A stretch of 63,902 nucleotides of DNA, filler included, from Octopus bimaculoides (GCF_001194135.2; 8 parts of 6 records of this genome joined end to end with filler, not necessarily neighbours in it); one strand, 5' to 3'; shown: positions 41,240-54,155, numbered from the whole stretch's first letter. The notes: generated by a model not told the origin, from the letters alone. Numbers and translations: made by a program.

Positions 41240-41464
41240 TATTACCCACAGGGGGATAAACATAGAGGAGACAAACAAGGACAGACAAATGGATGAAGTC
41301 TATTACATCGTCTCCAGTGCGTAACTAGTACATATTTATTTGACCCCGAAAGGATAAAAGGCAAAGTCGACCTCAGCGGAATTTGAACTCAGAACGTAAC
41401 GGCAGACGAAATACCGCTAAGCATTCTGCCCCACGTGCTAACATTTCTGCCAGCTCGCCGCCTT
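41240..41464 (-). mobile_element. SINE family B
   Basis: Minus strand AAGGCGGCGAGCTGGCAGAAATG...GAGTTCAAATTCCGC. Confidence 0.9.
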
Positions 41465-42380
41465 GAACATTTAACTCTATTATTAGATATGTTTTGCATC
41501 CACCGATGTCTGCATTACGAGAAAAGTAGCAGACATATTCACATTATCGAATAAGTGACAACCAATACTGCAAACATACCTGTAGCAATATGCTCTCAAT
41601 TTGTCGACAAAATAAGCATTAAATCAGCAGCTGAAGATGATCCAGAGGAAATCAAAATGAAAAACAGAGAAAACATTCTGAAAAGAAATAATTCAATCTC
41701 AGCAAGAAGTTTATGGTCATCATTAATAACCACAAGGTCTTAATGAAAGACTAGCAGTTGCTGAGTTGAACTATTGTGAAACTTATAAATGGCAAGAAAC
41801 AAATGCTCTAATTATACGACAGGTAAGATGTAAGGCAAAATTTCAACTGAAATTGTTGAAATTATATCATTCCTGCATTTTCATTTGCGCCAGGTTAACG
41901 GCAGATTACAAAGTCTGTAGGTGCAGACAGGCGTAGAATTTGAAATCTATATTCATGAATGATTCGACGCACAGCAGACAAACATCAGTTAACCAAGACT
42001 ATGGTAATACTGTTGGTACCAGTACACAGAAATGGTCATACTTTGATAAAAACAAAAAGAAAATAGATAAATAATATAATGCATAAATATAGAAATAAAA
42101 CTAAACTAAAGCATTAGCAGGGCCAAAGTTTAAATGTATGCCTTTTTACAGAGAAAATAAGTCATAGAATTAACAAGCATCCAAGTCATAGAAAAGTGTA
42201 TAAATAAAATCGCATAAATAAAATCGCATAAATAAAATCAGCACATGACAAAAAACAGGAAGCAGTTTATCACCTTTGATGCGACAATGCAACAGTATTA
42301 GTTTTAAAGAACGGTTATACATCGTAATGCAGTATATAAATATATGTGTGCATGTATGTGGATGCGTATGTATATGTATG

Positions 42381-42413
<33 letters not shown>

Positions 42414-42943
42414 NNNNNNNNNNNNNNNNNNNNNNNNNNNNNNNNNNNNNNNNNNNNNNNNNNNNNNNNNNNNNNNNNNNNNNNNNNNNNNNNNNNNNNN
42501 NNNNNNNNNNNNNNNNNNNNNNNNNNNNNNNNNNNNNNNNNNNNNNNNNNNNNNNNNNNNNNNNNNNNNNNNNNNNNNNNNNNNNNNNNNNNNNNNNNNN
42601 NNNNNNNNNNNNNNNNNNNNNNNNNNNNNNNNNNNNNNNNNNNNNNNNNNNNNNNNNNNNNNNNNNNNNNNNNNNNNNNNNNNNNNNNNNNNNNNNNNNN
42701 NNNNNNNNNNNNNNNNNNNNNNNNNNNNNNNNNNNNNNNNNNNNNNNNNNNNNNNNNNNNNNNNNNNNNNNNNNNNNNNNNNNNNNNNNNNNNNNNNNNN
42801 NNNNNNNNNNNNNNNNNNNNNNNNNNNNNNNNNNNNNNNNNNNNNNNNNNNNNNNNNNNNNNNNNNNNNNNNNNNNNNNNNNNNNNNNNNNNNNNNNNNN
42901 NNNNNNNNNNNNNNNNNNNNNNNNNNNNNNNNNNNNNNNNNNN

Positions 42944-42988
<45 letters not shown>

Positions 42989-43863
42989 TATATTATATTA
43001 TGTTAAGGGCATTACTACATGTAAATCCCTCACGCTATGAGAGACTCTTAAAGTCAAAACTACCATAAAAAATATACAGTGTACGAAACGCGAGGGAATG
43101 CAACTTGGAAGCCGACCATTAAAACTAGATTCACCCGCAAATCATGTGCTTTCTTAGTTAGTGTACATAATCCACTTTCTAATCGTCAGTGCAGGCATAA
43201 TCAAGAAACATAAAAATAAACAAATCAACATACCAGACGAAAACCAAATGTATCCAACATAGCACATAAAAATGTTCACATATATACATATGTAAGAGGC
43301 GAGCTTTTCTAATTACTTCTCGGTGAACGTGTATATTCAGAATAAGTCAGCACTGAATATATTCCGGTTAAATTTTAAATTTATATTTATATATGGATGT
43401 ATAAATAAATACATGGAGTTAAACGCAGGTGTTATTCAAATTCTTTTAGTTGCGACATATGTTTTGAAGATATTGGTATTATTCCAAAGAAATAAAATGG
43501 TGTAAAACAATGTAATCTCATCAGGGAAATGAAGAAGTAAAACTCGTGAATAAGACATTTTAATAAAATACACATATATACATGTATGCATGTATGCATG
43601 TATGTATATGTATGTATGTATGTATGTATGTATGCATGCATGTATGTATGTATGTATGTATGTATGTATACATGCATGCATGTANNNNNNNNNNTGTATG
43701 TATGTATACATGCATGCATGTATGTATGTATGTATGTATACATGTATGCATGTATGTATGTATGTATGCATGTATGCATGTATGTGTGTATGTGTGTGTA
43801 TGTATGCAGGCATGAATGTGTGTATGTATGTATGCTAATGCGGAGAAAGAGGGACCACACAAT

Positions 43864-43903
<40 letters not shown>

Positions 43904-43919
43904 GAGAGAGAGATAATTA

Positions 43920-45422
43920 CACTGGTCAATAGCCGATTTTCATCAGGGATGTTATAAGGTGTTTTATATGTAGTTTTGTCCGCAGATTTCCAAAAGTAAC
44001 CGGTTTCCTTCTATCAGGCAGAGTGATTCTGATGAGATAATAGAGGTATATAACTCCCATCAGCAGTATCGCTACACGTAAACGTCTTATACAGGTAAAT
44101 TCTGACTTCTGTTTTATAACTATTTGTATTCATTTTGTAATTTTATGTTTTCATAATCTTTTCTTTTCATAAATTTTACTTTCTGTTTAAGGTGCCAAGT
44201 CATCATCATCATCAAATTCTACTCAGGATGTCAAGGCATTGCAAGTACAGTCCTGATATGTTATGTCATGTCTGTGGTTCATTTACCACCAAAGCTCAGC
44301 AACGTGCCATCACAAGTGAAATCAAGAAAGTCTACCAGTTATACTTTGGCTGCTCTCTCGGGGATCAAGATAAGAGTTGGGCCCCACGCATCATCTGCTT
44401 AGCTTGTTCAAATGGACTAAGGGATTGGCTAAATAAGAGGAAGAGAGAAATGCCGTTTGCAATACCTATGATATGGAGAGAGCCAAAGGATCATTTCATC
44501 GACTGTTATTCCTGCAACGTTAATGTATGTGGGTTTACTGTAAAAACCAAGCATAAGATTGTGTATCCCAGCTTGGAATCAGCAAGACGACCAGTATCAC
44601 ACAACGATGATGATCTTCCTATTCCAATACCACCAGAAAATGGCCTTCAGATGTCTAACGAAGATGTATTTTCTGAAGAAAATGCTACTGCTGTGGAAGA
44701 CACTGAAATGGATGCAGATTTCACGATTGAAAATGAAGACGTACCACAGAAATTTTTTGAAGTAGAGTTAGATGACTTACTTAGAGACTTATCATTGTCG
44801 AAGGATAAATTTGAACTATTAGCATCTCGCCTACAAGAAAACTGTCTGCTTAAGAAAGATATTTGTATTACTCATTTCAGGAAGAGAAATAGGGATCTGA
44901 CTTCATGCTTCTCTGTTGATGGACCACTTTGTTTCAGTAACAACACTGATGAGTTATTTCGCTGTTTGTTCCAAGAGCATGTTCCAGCTGAATGGCGCTT
45001 ATTCATTGATTCTTCTAAGAGAAGCCTCAAGGCAGTACTACTACACAACGGCAATAAGAAACCATCCATTTCCATAGAACATTCAGTGCACATGAAGGAG
45101 TGTTATGAAAACATGCAAATTCTCCTCAATGCCTTAAAGTATACAAACTACAGCTGGAAAATATGTGGAGACTTGAAAGTGATTGGAATGTTGGCGGGAA
45201 TGCAATCTGGGTTCACGAGACATTATTGCTTTTTATGTCTATGGGAGGGTCGTGCAACAAGCACTATATTCAATCAGAGTGGCCTTTATGAAAATCATAT
45301 CAGCCGGGAGTTTCTAGCCTCCAGAGTAAGCCACTTTTATGTTCTTCTTACCCTTCGTCACATAAAGCTTGGCGTCATGAAACGATTCGTGAAGACACTT
45401 GCCAGGAAAATCTAAAAATGTT
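43920..45422 (+). mobile_element. Chapaev3-type (CMC superfamily) DNA transposon, left end plus transposase, truncated by a scaffold gap
   Basis: TTA|CACTGG left end. ORF has a Chapa-like Zn motif (H..CxxC..P..CxxC..W..H..CxxC), LFIDSSKRSLKAVLLHNG, ICGDLKV and HIKLG. Confidence 0.8.
44228..45415 (+). pseudogene. Chapaev-type transposase ORF with compensating frameshifts near 45260-45350
   Basis: ATG at 44228 (MSRHCKY); about 395 codons open. The expected HYIQSEWPL segment lies in another frame and contains a stop. Confidence 0.75.
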
Positions 45423-45549
45423 NNNNNNNNNNNNNNNNNNNNNNNNNNNNNNNNNNNNNNNNNNNNTTAATTAATTAANNNNNNNNNNNNNNNNNNNNNN
45501 NNNNNNNNNNNNNNNNNNNNNNATATATATATATAAATATATATATATA

Positions 45550-46010
45550 TATCACACTGTTCCTTTCCTTTTACTCTCTTCCTCGGCTCTTTCTAATTTT
45601 TCAATCCCCCTACACTTACCTCTCTCCTCTCCTTCGACGTGACCGGTATTCTGCCAAGCGTGACCTGTCTCTGTTCGAGTACCATCTGTATAGCATCTCT
45701 TAGTCTCTTCTCATGACTTTCATCTATGTTCCTGCCGTAAGGCTTTACTTCCACATACGCCAGCTTGATTTTATTTTTGTACAGTCGAAAGACACCTGTT
45801 GTTAATGGCCTGTTCTTTGTATTTGTAATTGTGTACCATTTTTCCGTTTCTTTTCGACCTTGTTTTGTATACATTCGCTTGCTTTATTCCAAAGAATCTG
45901 GTGCTCACAGCTTAGATTTCCTTTGGGTCGGCCAGATTAGAGCAGTCTCGAGAGTAACCGGCCAAAACTGCAACGATCTGATACTCGACTGAACATTGAA
46001 AGCTCCGAAT
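45550..46010 (-). mobile_element. Possible decayed LINE ORF1-like fragment
   Basis: LAYVEVKP and VTLGRIP loosely resemble RYATVEVR / YIGRRTSQITIN in the ORF1 at 62665. Weak. Confidence 0.3.
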
Positions 46011-46110
46011 GATCCATTCTTGTTTTTTCCTGTCCTTTTTTGTAACGTCTAACTGTTCGAATGTTTTGTTGTCGCCTGTTACGTTCTTATTCCATTTTTT
46101 GTTTTGTTTT

Positions 46111-46164
<54 letters not shown>

Positions 46165-46186
46165 CCACCCATATATATACTGCGTA

Positions 46187-47011
46187 CGATGGATAAATTG
46201 TTGCCATCTTTTATTTTAAATTTCGTGCATGCTCATTGCTTGTTTTGGGTTTTGTCAACTACACAGGGTCAGTTGGTCACCGTCTGTGAGAAAAACGGCA
46301 CCATGACGCAAATCACTCTGTCAGAAATTTTGAAACAACATGCTGTACTGCTTGGCATTCGCGCCGGAAGCTCCAATACGAACAAATGCTGGTTTGCCGT
46401 GTCCCCAAAACATGTACAAAAAGTAATAAAAGTCAGACATCCAATCAACATCACGGTGTTTTGAATGATCACTAGTGATGGCGACGTTATGCCTCCATTC
46501 ATCTTACACAACTCCAGATTAAACATGGAGGCCTACATCAAGTGCCTGGAGGAGATAATGCTGCCCTGGGTCAAGAGGATCACTGCTGGAAGAACATATG
46601 TCTGGCAATAGGACTCTGCACTATGCCACACAATCATAGCTGTCAGTCAACTTCTGCGACCACATTGCCTCTAACGTCTGGTCACCTGACTCCCCAGACC
46701 GCAATCTCCTTGATTATTATGCGTAGAGCGCAATTGAGCGAGAGACCAACAAAACTCCTTGTAACACCAAAGATGAACTGAAGGCAAGGATTGTGGCAAC
46801 ATTGACCAATGTAAACAAGGAGACCGTCCAGAAGAGTTGCAGGAGATTCTGAAGTCGTCTGGAGGCCGTGGTTGAAGCCAATGGCGATTTTATTGAATAA
46901 ATTTACTCTTTAATATTTCAATATGTTTTTATGTAACTTTGGTAAATATATCGGTTAAAATGAGATGTCAGTGTCATTTTTCATTTTTACGTAATTTAGA
47001 TGACAGTTTAT
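46187..47011 (+). mobile_element. maT/DD37D-type element with internal deletion, decayed
   Basis: HAVLLGIRAG joined directly to HPINITVF..TSDGDVMPP, then QxDSA, SPDRNLLDY and LEAVVEANGDFIE. Partial TIRs ATAAATTGTTGCCATCT / AGATGACAGTTTAT. Confidence 0.85.
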
Positions 47012-47019
47012 ATATCTTT

Positions 47020-47135
47020 TACTTACCCTCTACCAAATACATTCACAAAGCTTTGGTAGGTCTAATGTTATAGTTCAGACGGACTGAACCACAAACCATG
47101 TGGTTGGGAAGTAAGCTTCTTACAACACAGCCACA
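47020..47135 (-). mobile_element. SINE family A head fragment
   Basis: GGACTGAACC.CAAACCATGTGGTTGGGAAG...CACAGCCAC. Confidence 0.7.
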
Positions 47136-48539
47136 CCGTGTGTGTATTTGTCTTTGTGTATTTTTGTATGAATATATATATTTATATATATGTGAGTGCG
47201 TATGTATATATATAAATACGTGGTTGGGAGGGAAGGAGAGGGAAATAAGAGTTGAAACAACTCTTATTTCACCTTATCTTAATGAATAACCAGTTTACAG
47301 TGTTTTCGCATTTATATTAATACTCTTCGGAGTTTCTCACCATGCGCTATGGGTTAAACTCCACCCACCTTATCAGTTTATAAGATTATCGTAGAAGTCA
47401 TACGCTGATTTCCTAAACCATAAAATAGAAAATTATAAATAATAAGCGTGGCTTGTTCGCTATTTTACAACCGAAAGGCAGAAATATATACGTCACTAAA
47501 ATGACTGACGGTATAGGTCAGCAACAGCATGATCCCTATCTTATAAACTGACAAAGTGAGTTGATAGAAATGCTAAATCACTATTCCTAGGCGCCGAGGG
47601 AGCTTCACTCCATTGCCAGTCAGTTACTTCTTGTGGTTAGGAGTTGTTTTAACTCTTATTCCTTGTAATACTGGTGCTGACTACTATCCTCGGTCACTTT
47701 AGTGATGTATATATTTCTGCCTTTCGGTATGTATGTACAATTGTATGTATGTATGTATGTATGTATGTATGTATGTATGTATGTATGCACGCATGCATAT
47801 TTCCATTTAAAGAATTAGTTAAAAGGGACAATTTATCCTCTGCAGTTACCGTACTTCCTCTTCAGTCAGTTTCATATATCGGCTAATCGCAACGGTCTTT
47901 ATGTGTTGCTTGAGCTAACAATAAACTGTTAGGTTCTAGTCACTTTTCTCACTGGGTAAATCCAAATTTCGTATTCGATAAGGTGTGACTTTTGCGTAGA
48001 AGAAATATGCCAAATTTTCAATTCTAAATTTAATCTAATAAACACAAGGCAAGAACGTGCTCTAAAATTCAAATAAACTCATTACCCTTAATTAATGGTA
48101 AACCTATTTGGCAATTTCCGAAAACTTTATCCAAGACACCTGAAAGCGTAGCCTGTGTTGTGTCTGTATCAAATGTTTGTCGCTCGTCTGCTACGCATTG
48201 AAAAATGAAAGAAACTTTATTACGATGGTTACTTAATGCACTCTATATATACACTTTATATACATTATCCTCAGTTTTATAGAGTTAATTACACAGCACT
48301 CATAAGATAAATATTCACCCTTATTTTTCCATTTTACCCATAAAGAAAAGAAAAACATTATCTTCTGCATATCTTGTGTACATCTTTTACTTAAATTGCA
48401 TATATCTGCCACGAAAATAAGCTTGAATACTTCAAGTAATTGAATGTATGCCCATGCGTTAAGTGATAGGTGATATATAACCATAGTTCAATTTCAAAAA
48501 GATACGATTTTCACTATCAAATCACCACCACCACCATGA

Positions 48540-48665
48540 TCATCATCATTTCTCTCTGTTAGTCTCTCTCCCACCTCTCTCACCCCTCACTTCCATCTCT
48601 CTCTTTCTCTCTCTGTCGCTTTCTTTCTTTCTCTCTCGCTTTCTTTCTTTCTCTCTCTCTCGCTT

Positions 48666-48732
<67 letters not shown>
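48540..48732. repeat. (CT)n/(CTTT)n microsatellite
   Basis: Direct inspection. Confidence 0.9.
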
Positions 48733-48832
48733 NNNNNNNNNNNNNNNNNNNNNNNNNNNNNNNNNNNNNNNNNNNNTTAATTAATTAANNNNNNNNNNNN
48801 NNNNNNNNNNNNNNNNNNNNNNNNNNNNNNNN

Positions 48833-49875
48833 TGTGTGTGTGTGTGTGTGTGTGTGTCTGTGTCTGTCCCTCACCACTGCTTGACAACCGGTGTTGGTGT
48901 ATTTACTTCGTGGTTCAGCAAAAAGATACCGATAGCATAAGTACCAGGCTCGGATCTGATTTGACGGGCACCACTTGTTTTCTTAACGAAACACTTTCAA
49001 ACTTGTGATACAAGTAGAATGTGTCATATAAAACATCTTTTTCTCTTAGCTTTCTTAATAAAAATTTATATATTGCAAGTTATTTCATGTTAAAGTCGTC
49101 GTATTTCTGTACTTTCAACCAATCACTGACGTCTATTCAGCTGAATACAGTTACTGCTGTTTTTGTAAACAATAATTTTTGCCGGTGTCAAGAACGTTAT
49201 TCCCTGTTAATTATATCGTTATTCCCTAGTAAGGGTTTAAGGTTTTAGGGTTAGGGTTCGGGTTTTATAGTTAGGGTTTGGGTTAGGGTTATGAGTTATA
49301 GAATTTTAGGGTTAGGGTTATGGTTATGAGTTATAGGGTGTTAGGGTTAGGGTTATGAGTTATGTTATGGCAAAAATAATCATAACCCTAACCCTAACCC
49401 TAAAACTAACCCTAACTCTAAAACCCTAACCCTAACCCTAAAACCCTAAAGCTAAAACCAGTGCAAATGCACGAACGGTGTTATAAATAACAGTACCGCC
49501 GATAGTTGTTGTTGACAAACAACGGCACTAATTTTATTCAAGGGAAAAGATCCCACGGCACTGTTGTTTACATTCCACGGCAGTAATTGTTTTCACCTCA
49601 ATAGACGTCAGTGATTGGTTGAAATTACCGAAATACGACAATTTTTTACATGAAATAACTTTGAATACAAACATTTGTATCTGTTCTATAACACAAAATA
49701 TACAAGTACACGAAGTTTGAAAGTGTTTCGGTACCAAAAACAACATAAAACATAAATGAAAAGTGATTCCCGTCAATTCAGAAAGATCCCCAGGCTCTAA
49801 CAAAAACTAAAAAAGTACCAGGGTCGATTCGATCAACTGAAATTCTCCAAGGCATGGTAGTAGTCTAAAGATAAG
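48833..49875 (+). mobile_element. SINE family A 3' part, split by a foldback MITE
   Basis: SINE sequence stops at AAGTACCAGGCTC (48951) and resumes with CCAGGCTC...GGGTCGATT after 49789. Confidence 0.75.
48952..49789. mobile_element. 838-bp non-autonomous foldback DNA transposon with 8-bp TSD and central inverted TTAGGG/CCCTAA arrays
   Basis: TSD CCAGGCTC at 48944-48951 and 49790-49797. Termini GGATC..TGA(T/A)TTGACGGG. Perfect internal inverted blocks 48987-49004/49713-49730 (18 bp) and 49113-49137/49600-49624 (25 bp). Confidence 0.9.
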
Positions 49876-51879
49876 AAGATATAGTTCATCGCAGTCACAT
49901 TTTAGCCAAATCATCGTCGTTACTCTTCGTCAGAAATTTAAAAAATGACGATATTGACCTTTATTTGAAGATTACCTGAGTGGTGGGTGGGGAGCGGCTT
50001 TCTTCCGCTCTGATTATTTCACCCTTTCTTTTATACTAACTCTTGTTTCTTTTATTCTCCTCGTCTTATTTTCTCTCTCTACTCTCATTTATCTATTTCT
50101 GTCTTCTAATCACTCCCTATTTTCTCTTCCNNNNNNNNNNNNNNNNNNNNNNNNNNNNNNNNNNNNNNNNNNNNNNNNNNNNNNNNNNNNNNNNNNNNNN
50201 NNNNNNNNNNNNNNNNNNNNNNNNNNNNNNNNNNNNNNNNNNNNNNNNNNNNNNNNNNNNNNNNNNNNNNNNNNNNNNNNNNNNNNNNNNNNNNNNNNNN
50301 NNNNNNNNNNNNNNNNNNNNNNNNNNNNNNNNNNNNNNNNNNNNNNNNNNNNNNNNNNNNNNNNNNNNNNNNNNNNNNNNNNNNNNNNNNNNNNNNNNNN
50401 NNNNNNNNNNNNNNNNNNNNNNNNNNNNNNNNNNNNNNNNNATATATATATATATATACATATTCTTATCACTGCAAAGACGGCCTTCATCAGGTAACTG
50501 AATGCTACACGATATCTACCCGTTCTCTATTCGTGGCACGTCATTTGTACACATATATAACTTTCATGTCACTTATCTGTCGAGTGTAAGATAACTAAAG
50601 CAGTGTACATCCCACCACACCACTCCAGCTCCGAGACACAGAGACATACATTGTAAGTATGTCCTGTTGTGGAACCTATCTTCTCGATTTCCGTTGGATC
50701 CGATTACTGGCGAGGAGGGACAGGACAACAACGAATACAAGAATGTTAATACGAATCAAAACAACAAAAATAATAGTTGCAACAGTAATATCGAGTATAG
50801 CAGCAACAACAATACCATGGGTTTGTTCGATCACAGCTGACCTCTGGCTATATACCAACGAGTATTAAGAATGAAGAGCTCTGTCTTGTAAACAGCGTGT
50901 AGACATTCGCGCACGCGTGCATGTGTAAATGTGTGTTTACGTGTGCACGTATGAACTTAAACATACAGGCTTTGTGGAGACGGATGGGAGATATGTAAAG
51001 GCATATGTAGGCATGTACGTGTATGGGTGCCTGTGTGTACGTACGTAAGTGCTAGTCATACTGGTCTCATTTGATAAGCGACAAAAGTCGTATATTTTTG
51101 GAATAGAGACATCCATTACTTTCCTAAGTGTAAATAAAGTGAAATGGATTCAAAGGACATTGGAAACCACGTTAGGGATTGGAGTCACCGAGTCCTTGTC
51201 TCTTATATATGAGCTTAGTGTTGACTTGAAAAATACCGTTAATGTTCTTAAATGTCACACAACCCGGTTTTACCAAATCCTAAAATAAAAAAAAAATTGT
51301 TAATGGTTCAGTTTGAATAGGTAAGGCGCTACCTATAATGCCCTTCTTGGTTCCTGAAACTAGTGGTTAGAAGGAAGAAAGTTATACGCAGGCCAGACAC
51401 CTTGCTTATATGTTTGCAACATAATGTACTCTGTTAGAGGTACTCATGAGCGAGAAGGTAGTATTAAATCGAGCTTCAGTTTAAAACTACCCCACCAAAA
51501 AGTTCCTTCGACGGTCGGCTCGAATAGGTTCAAACCCGAAACCACATGGGTGCCAAGTAAACTTCTTAACCACACAGCTACATCTGCACATTTTGATTTT
51601 TTCGAGTCAAGCTTCAAATCATTAAGATATGGAATATATACTTCATACTGTTATTGTCGAACCATTACCATAACATGTATGTAGTACTCACTAATGAATT
51701 TATTTTGTCTTCTGTTTAAGTCAAGACCATATTAGTAGCACTACAGGCTCTTGGGAAATTCCATGCACTGGGTCGTATAGCATTTATTTATAGACCGGAA
51801 ACCATGGCATATACAGATTAGAATTAAGCCTAGTCTCGTGAGCCCCTTGTTTTAACCATTGGTTTTAGACTCGTGAGCA

Positions 51880-52082
51880 CAACTGGTTTTAATCATTGGA
51901 CTGCGGCCAAGTTGAGGCATCGCCTTGAAGGAGTTAACTGAACAAATTGACCACAGTACTTTTTCTAAAGTCTAGTATTTATTCTACCACTCTCTTTTGC
52001 CTTACCGCTAATTTATGGAGACGTAAACACACCAACACCGATTATGATGTGGTGTGGGGGAGAAACAGAACTCAGACACAAA

Positions 52083-52117
<35 letters not shown>

Positions 52118-52240
52118 GACGGATTTCTTCACAGTTACCGTCAACCAAATCCCCTCACAATGCCTTGGTTGGCCTGAGGCAATAGTAGAAGACACTTGCC
52201 CAAGGTGCCGCGCATGCGACTGAGCACGAAATGACGTAGT
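51880..52240 (-). mobile_element. SINE family A, decayed
   Basis: Collinear with the reverse complement of the 26038 copy, including the (CA)n core. Confidence 0.8.
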
Positions 52241-52813
52241 CGCAAAGCAAGATTCTTTTATATTTTACAGCATTTTCCATCATGTAAACGACTTTTCCGC
52301 TTGATCTACTATTGATGAATACTAAACTTTTTAACACAAGAAATCGCCTTCCTCAGCAAGTTACTGTGCTGCTTGTAACAGTTGTCTGCTTAGTGGTCAC
52401 TGTCCTGGAAAGTCATTAATACACTAAGTCAGACTACATCTAAACAGCAATTTTAGGTCAAAATCCTACAATATTTTAACTGAATATGTCTTTAAAGCAT
52501 GTTTTTACAAGCATAAACATTCTTTTATTCACCTCAACAGAAAATTTTTGGCAGCCCTTTACATGTATATTTGGTTCTTGATAGTGTTAAGTTTACAAAC
52601 GCTAAAAGTCTGGATATGAGAGTTATGTAAGAGAGAGAAAAAAAGACAGAGTCTGAACGAAACAATTCTTTTATAGCTTGTGATTATCCTGCAGTAGGAG
52701 TAGATTGCATTCAGATATATGTGTGTTATTCCCAAAATATTTGGAGCCGATATTTGACTGCGTTCTTTAAAATCACATGCACAATTGCCAACATACATAA
52801 CTTTATGTATCTC

Positions 52814-52861
<48 letters not shown>

Positions 52862-53699
52862 CACGTGCATACTCACGCACAAATATGTATGTTTTTATTT
52901 GCTTTAAGCTTCTTTCCTTTACAGAATTCAAGCCGGAGTTTGTGGTTACCTGAATTGGTTGATATATGCATATATGCGTGTTGTGTATATGCATGTACAT
53001 ATGGATAAAATTGCACTCGTGGGTATGCCTGTTACAACAGAACAGAAGTGTGTATGTTTCCTTATTGTTTATATGAATTTATAAGGAATGTGCATGTATT
53101 CCAAGTGTATATAGGGTTGTGTGCATATGTTCACTCAGGAACTCCAAATGGAGAATCCTGGTAATGTTTTACGAATTTTTACCGTTCCTTTGATCGACTC
53201 TATTTGGAGAATGTGAATCAGTCTGCTCTGAATTTTTTTTTTTTTTTTTTGAGAACCCAACCAATTCTAGGTTTTGATGCAGATTAACCAAATGCACATA
53301 TGACAATAGGGACAAATAAAAATCTATAAACAGGATATAAAATCTGTTTCCAATCAGTTCTCCATAGACGTTCTCCTTTTCCCCAATTTTTGAAGAGACA
53401 TTCACATTTACATATGTCTGCATGCGTAACACATACAAACATACACACACATCCATGGCGCACGCATACAGATACACACACTCACATAACACACACACAC
53501 ATACATATTCCCATTTCAGTCTTTCAGTCTTCTGTATTTCTTCATTTTACCTCTTCCATAGTGAAGAAAATCGCGGACTGAAAGTGTCGTTTCAGTTATA
53601 TTTATTTCTACATTTTATAAAATACTTCCGAGATTGAGTAAAATGATCAAAGATTAAAGACAAAAGATCAGAGACAAAAATCAGAACCAATTATAATCG

Positions 53700-54155
53700 A
53701 AGGGTCTTCTATAAGTGAAGTAAGTGATAAGAAAACTGCTGGAGAATCTGTGCCACAAAAAGATGAAATAATTGAAGAAGGTTCCTAGTCTTTAAGACAA
53801 ATTTTTAATTTTGATAAAACGAGGCTGTTCTAGAAGAAAATACCAAAATAGATCCTTTAGATGAAGAATAGAGAAATGATTAGCGAAATGAAAGTTTCTA
53901 AAAGTGAATCACATTGTAATTATTATACAGTGATGTAATCACTGACTGTTTTATAAAGCAATGGTTTATTAATAGAACTGTTAATCTATATGCAACGAGG
54001 TGACTGAATAAAAATAACCCCAGTTCATTGACGTGCAAATAAAATAGCTTAGAAGACTGCAACAGCAAATGTAAACTGATTTTTCAAAACTGTTCTTGAA
54101 GCTAAATTTATACAAAAGGAAATGAAATTGATTTCAAAAGTTTATTATGAATTTA
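53700..54155 (+). mobile_element. Tigger/pogo transposase relic
   Basis: EIIEEGS*SLRQIFNFDKTRLF*KKIPK and VH*RANKIA* resemble pogo/Tigger QIFNxDETGLFWK and WRSNKKAW; heavily decayed. Confidence 0.7.

Noticed and set aside
41720-41920. Apparent 71-nt GT-AG intron (41823-41893) between two short frames
   Set aside because: The upstream frame is closed by a stop with only a weak acceptor, the downstream frame stops after 8 codons, and there is no homology.
49230-49457. Ancient telomere-telomere chromosome fusion site
   Set aside because: The arrays lie inside a TIR element with a perfect 8-bp TSD that splits a SINE, so they are transposon cargo.
50461-50500. Minus-strand CTGATGA as a third hammerhead
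   Set aside because: No stem II partner or GAAA follows before the (TA)n tract and gap.
53139-53160. 22-nt microexon (cag|GAACTC...CCTG|gtaatg)
   Set aside because: Splice signals are plausible but too short to distinguish from chance, and no partner exons were found.
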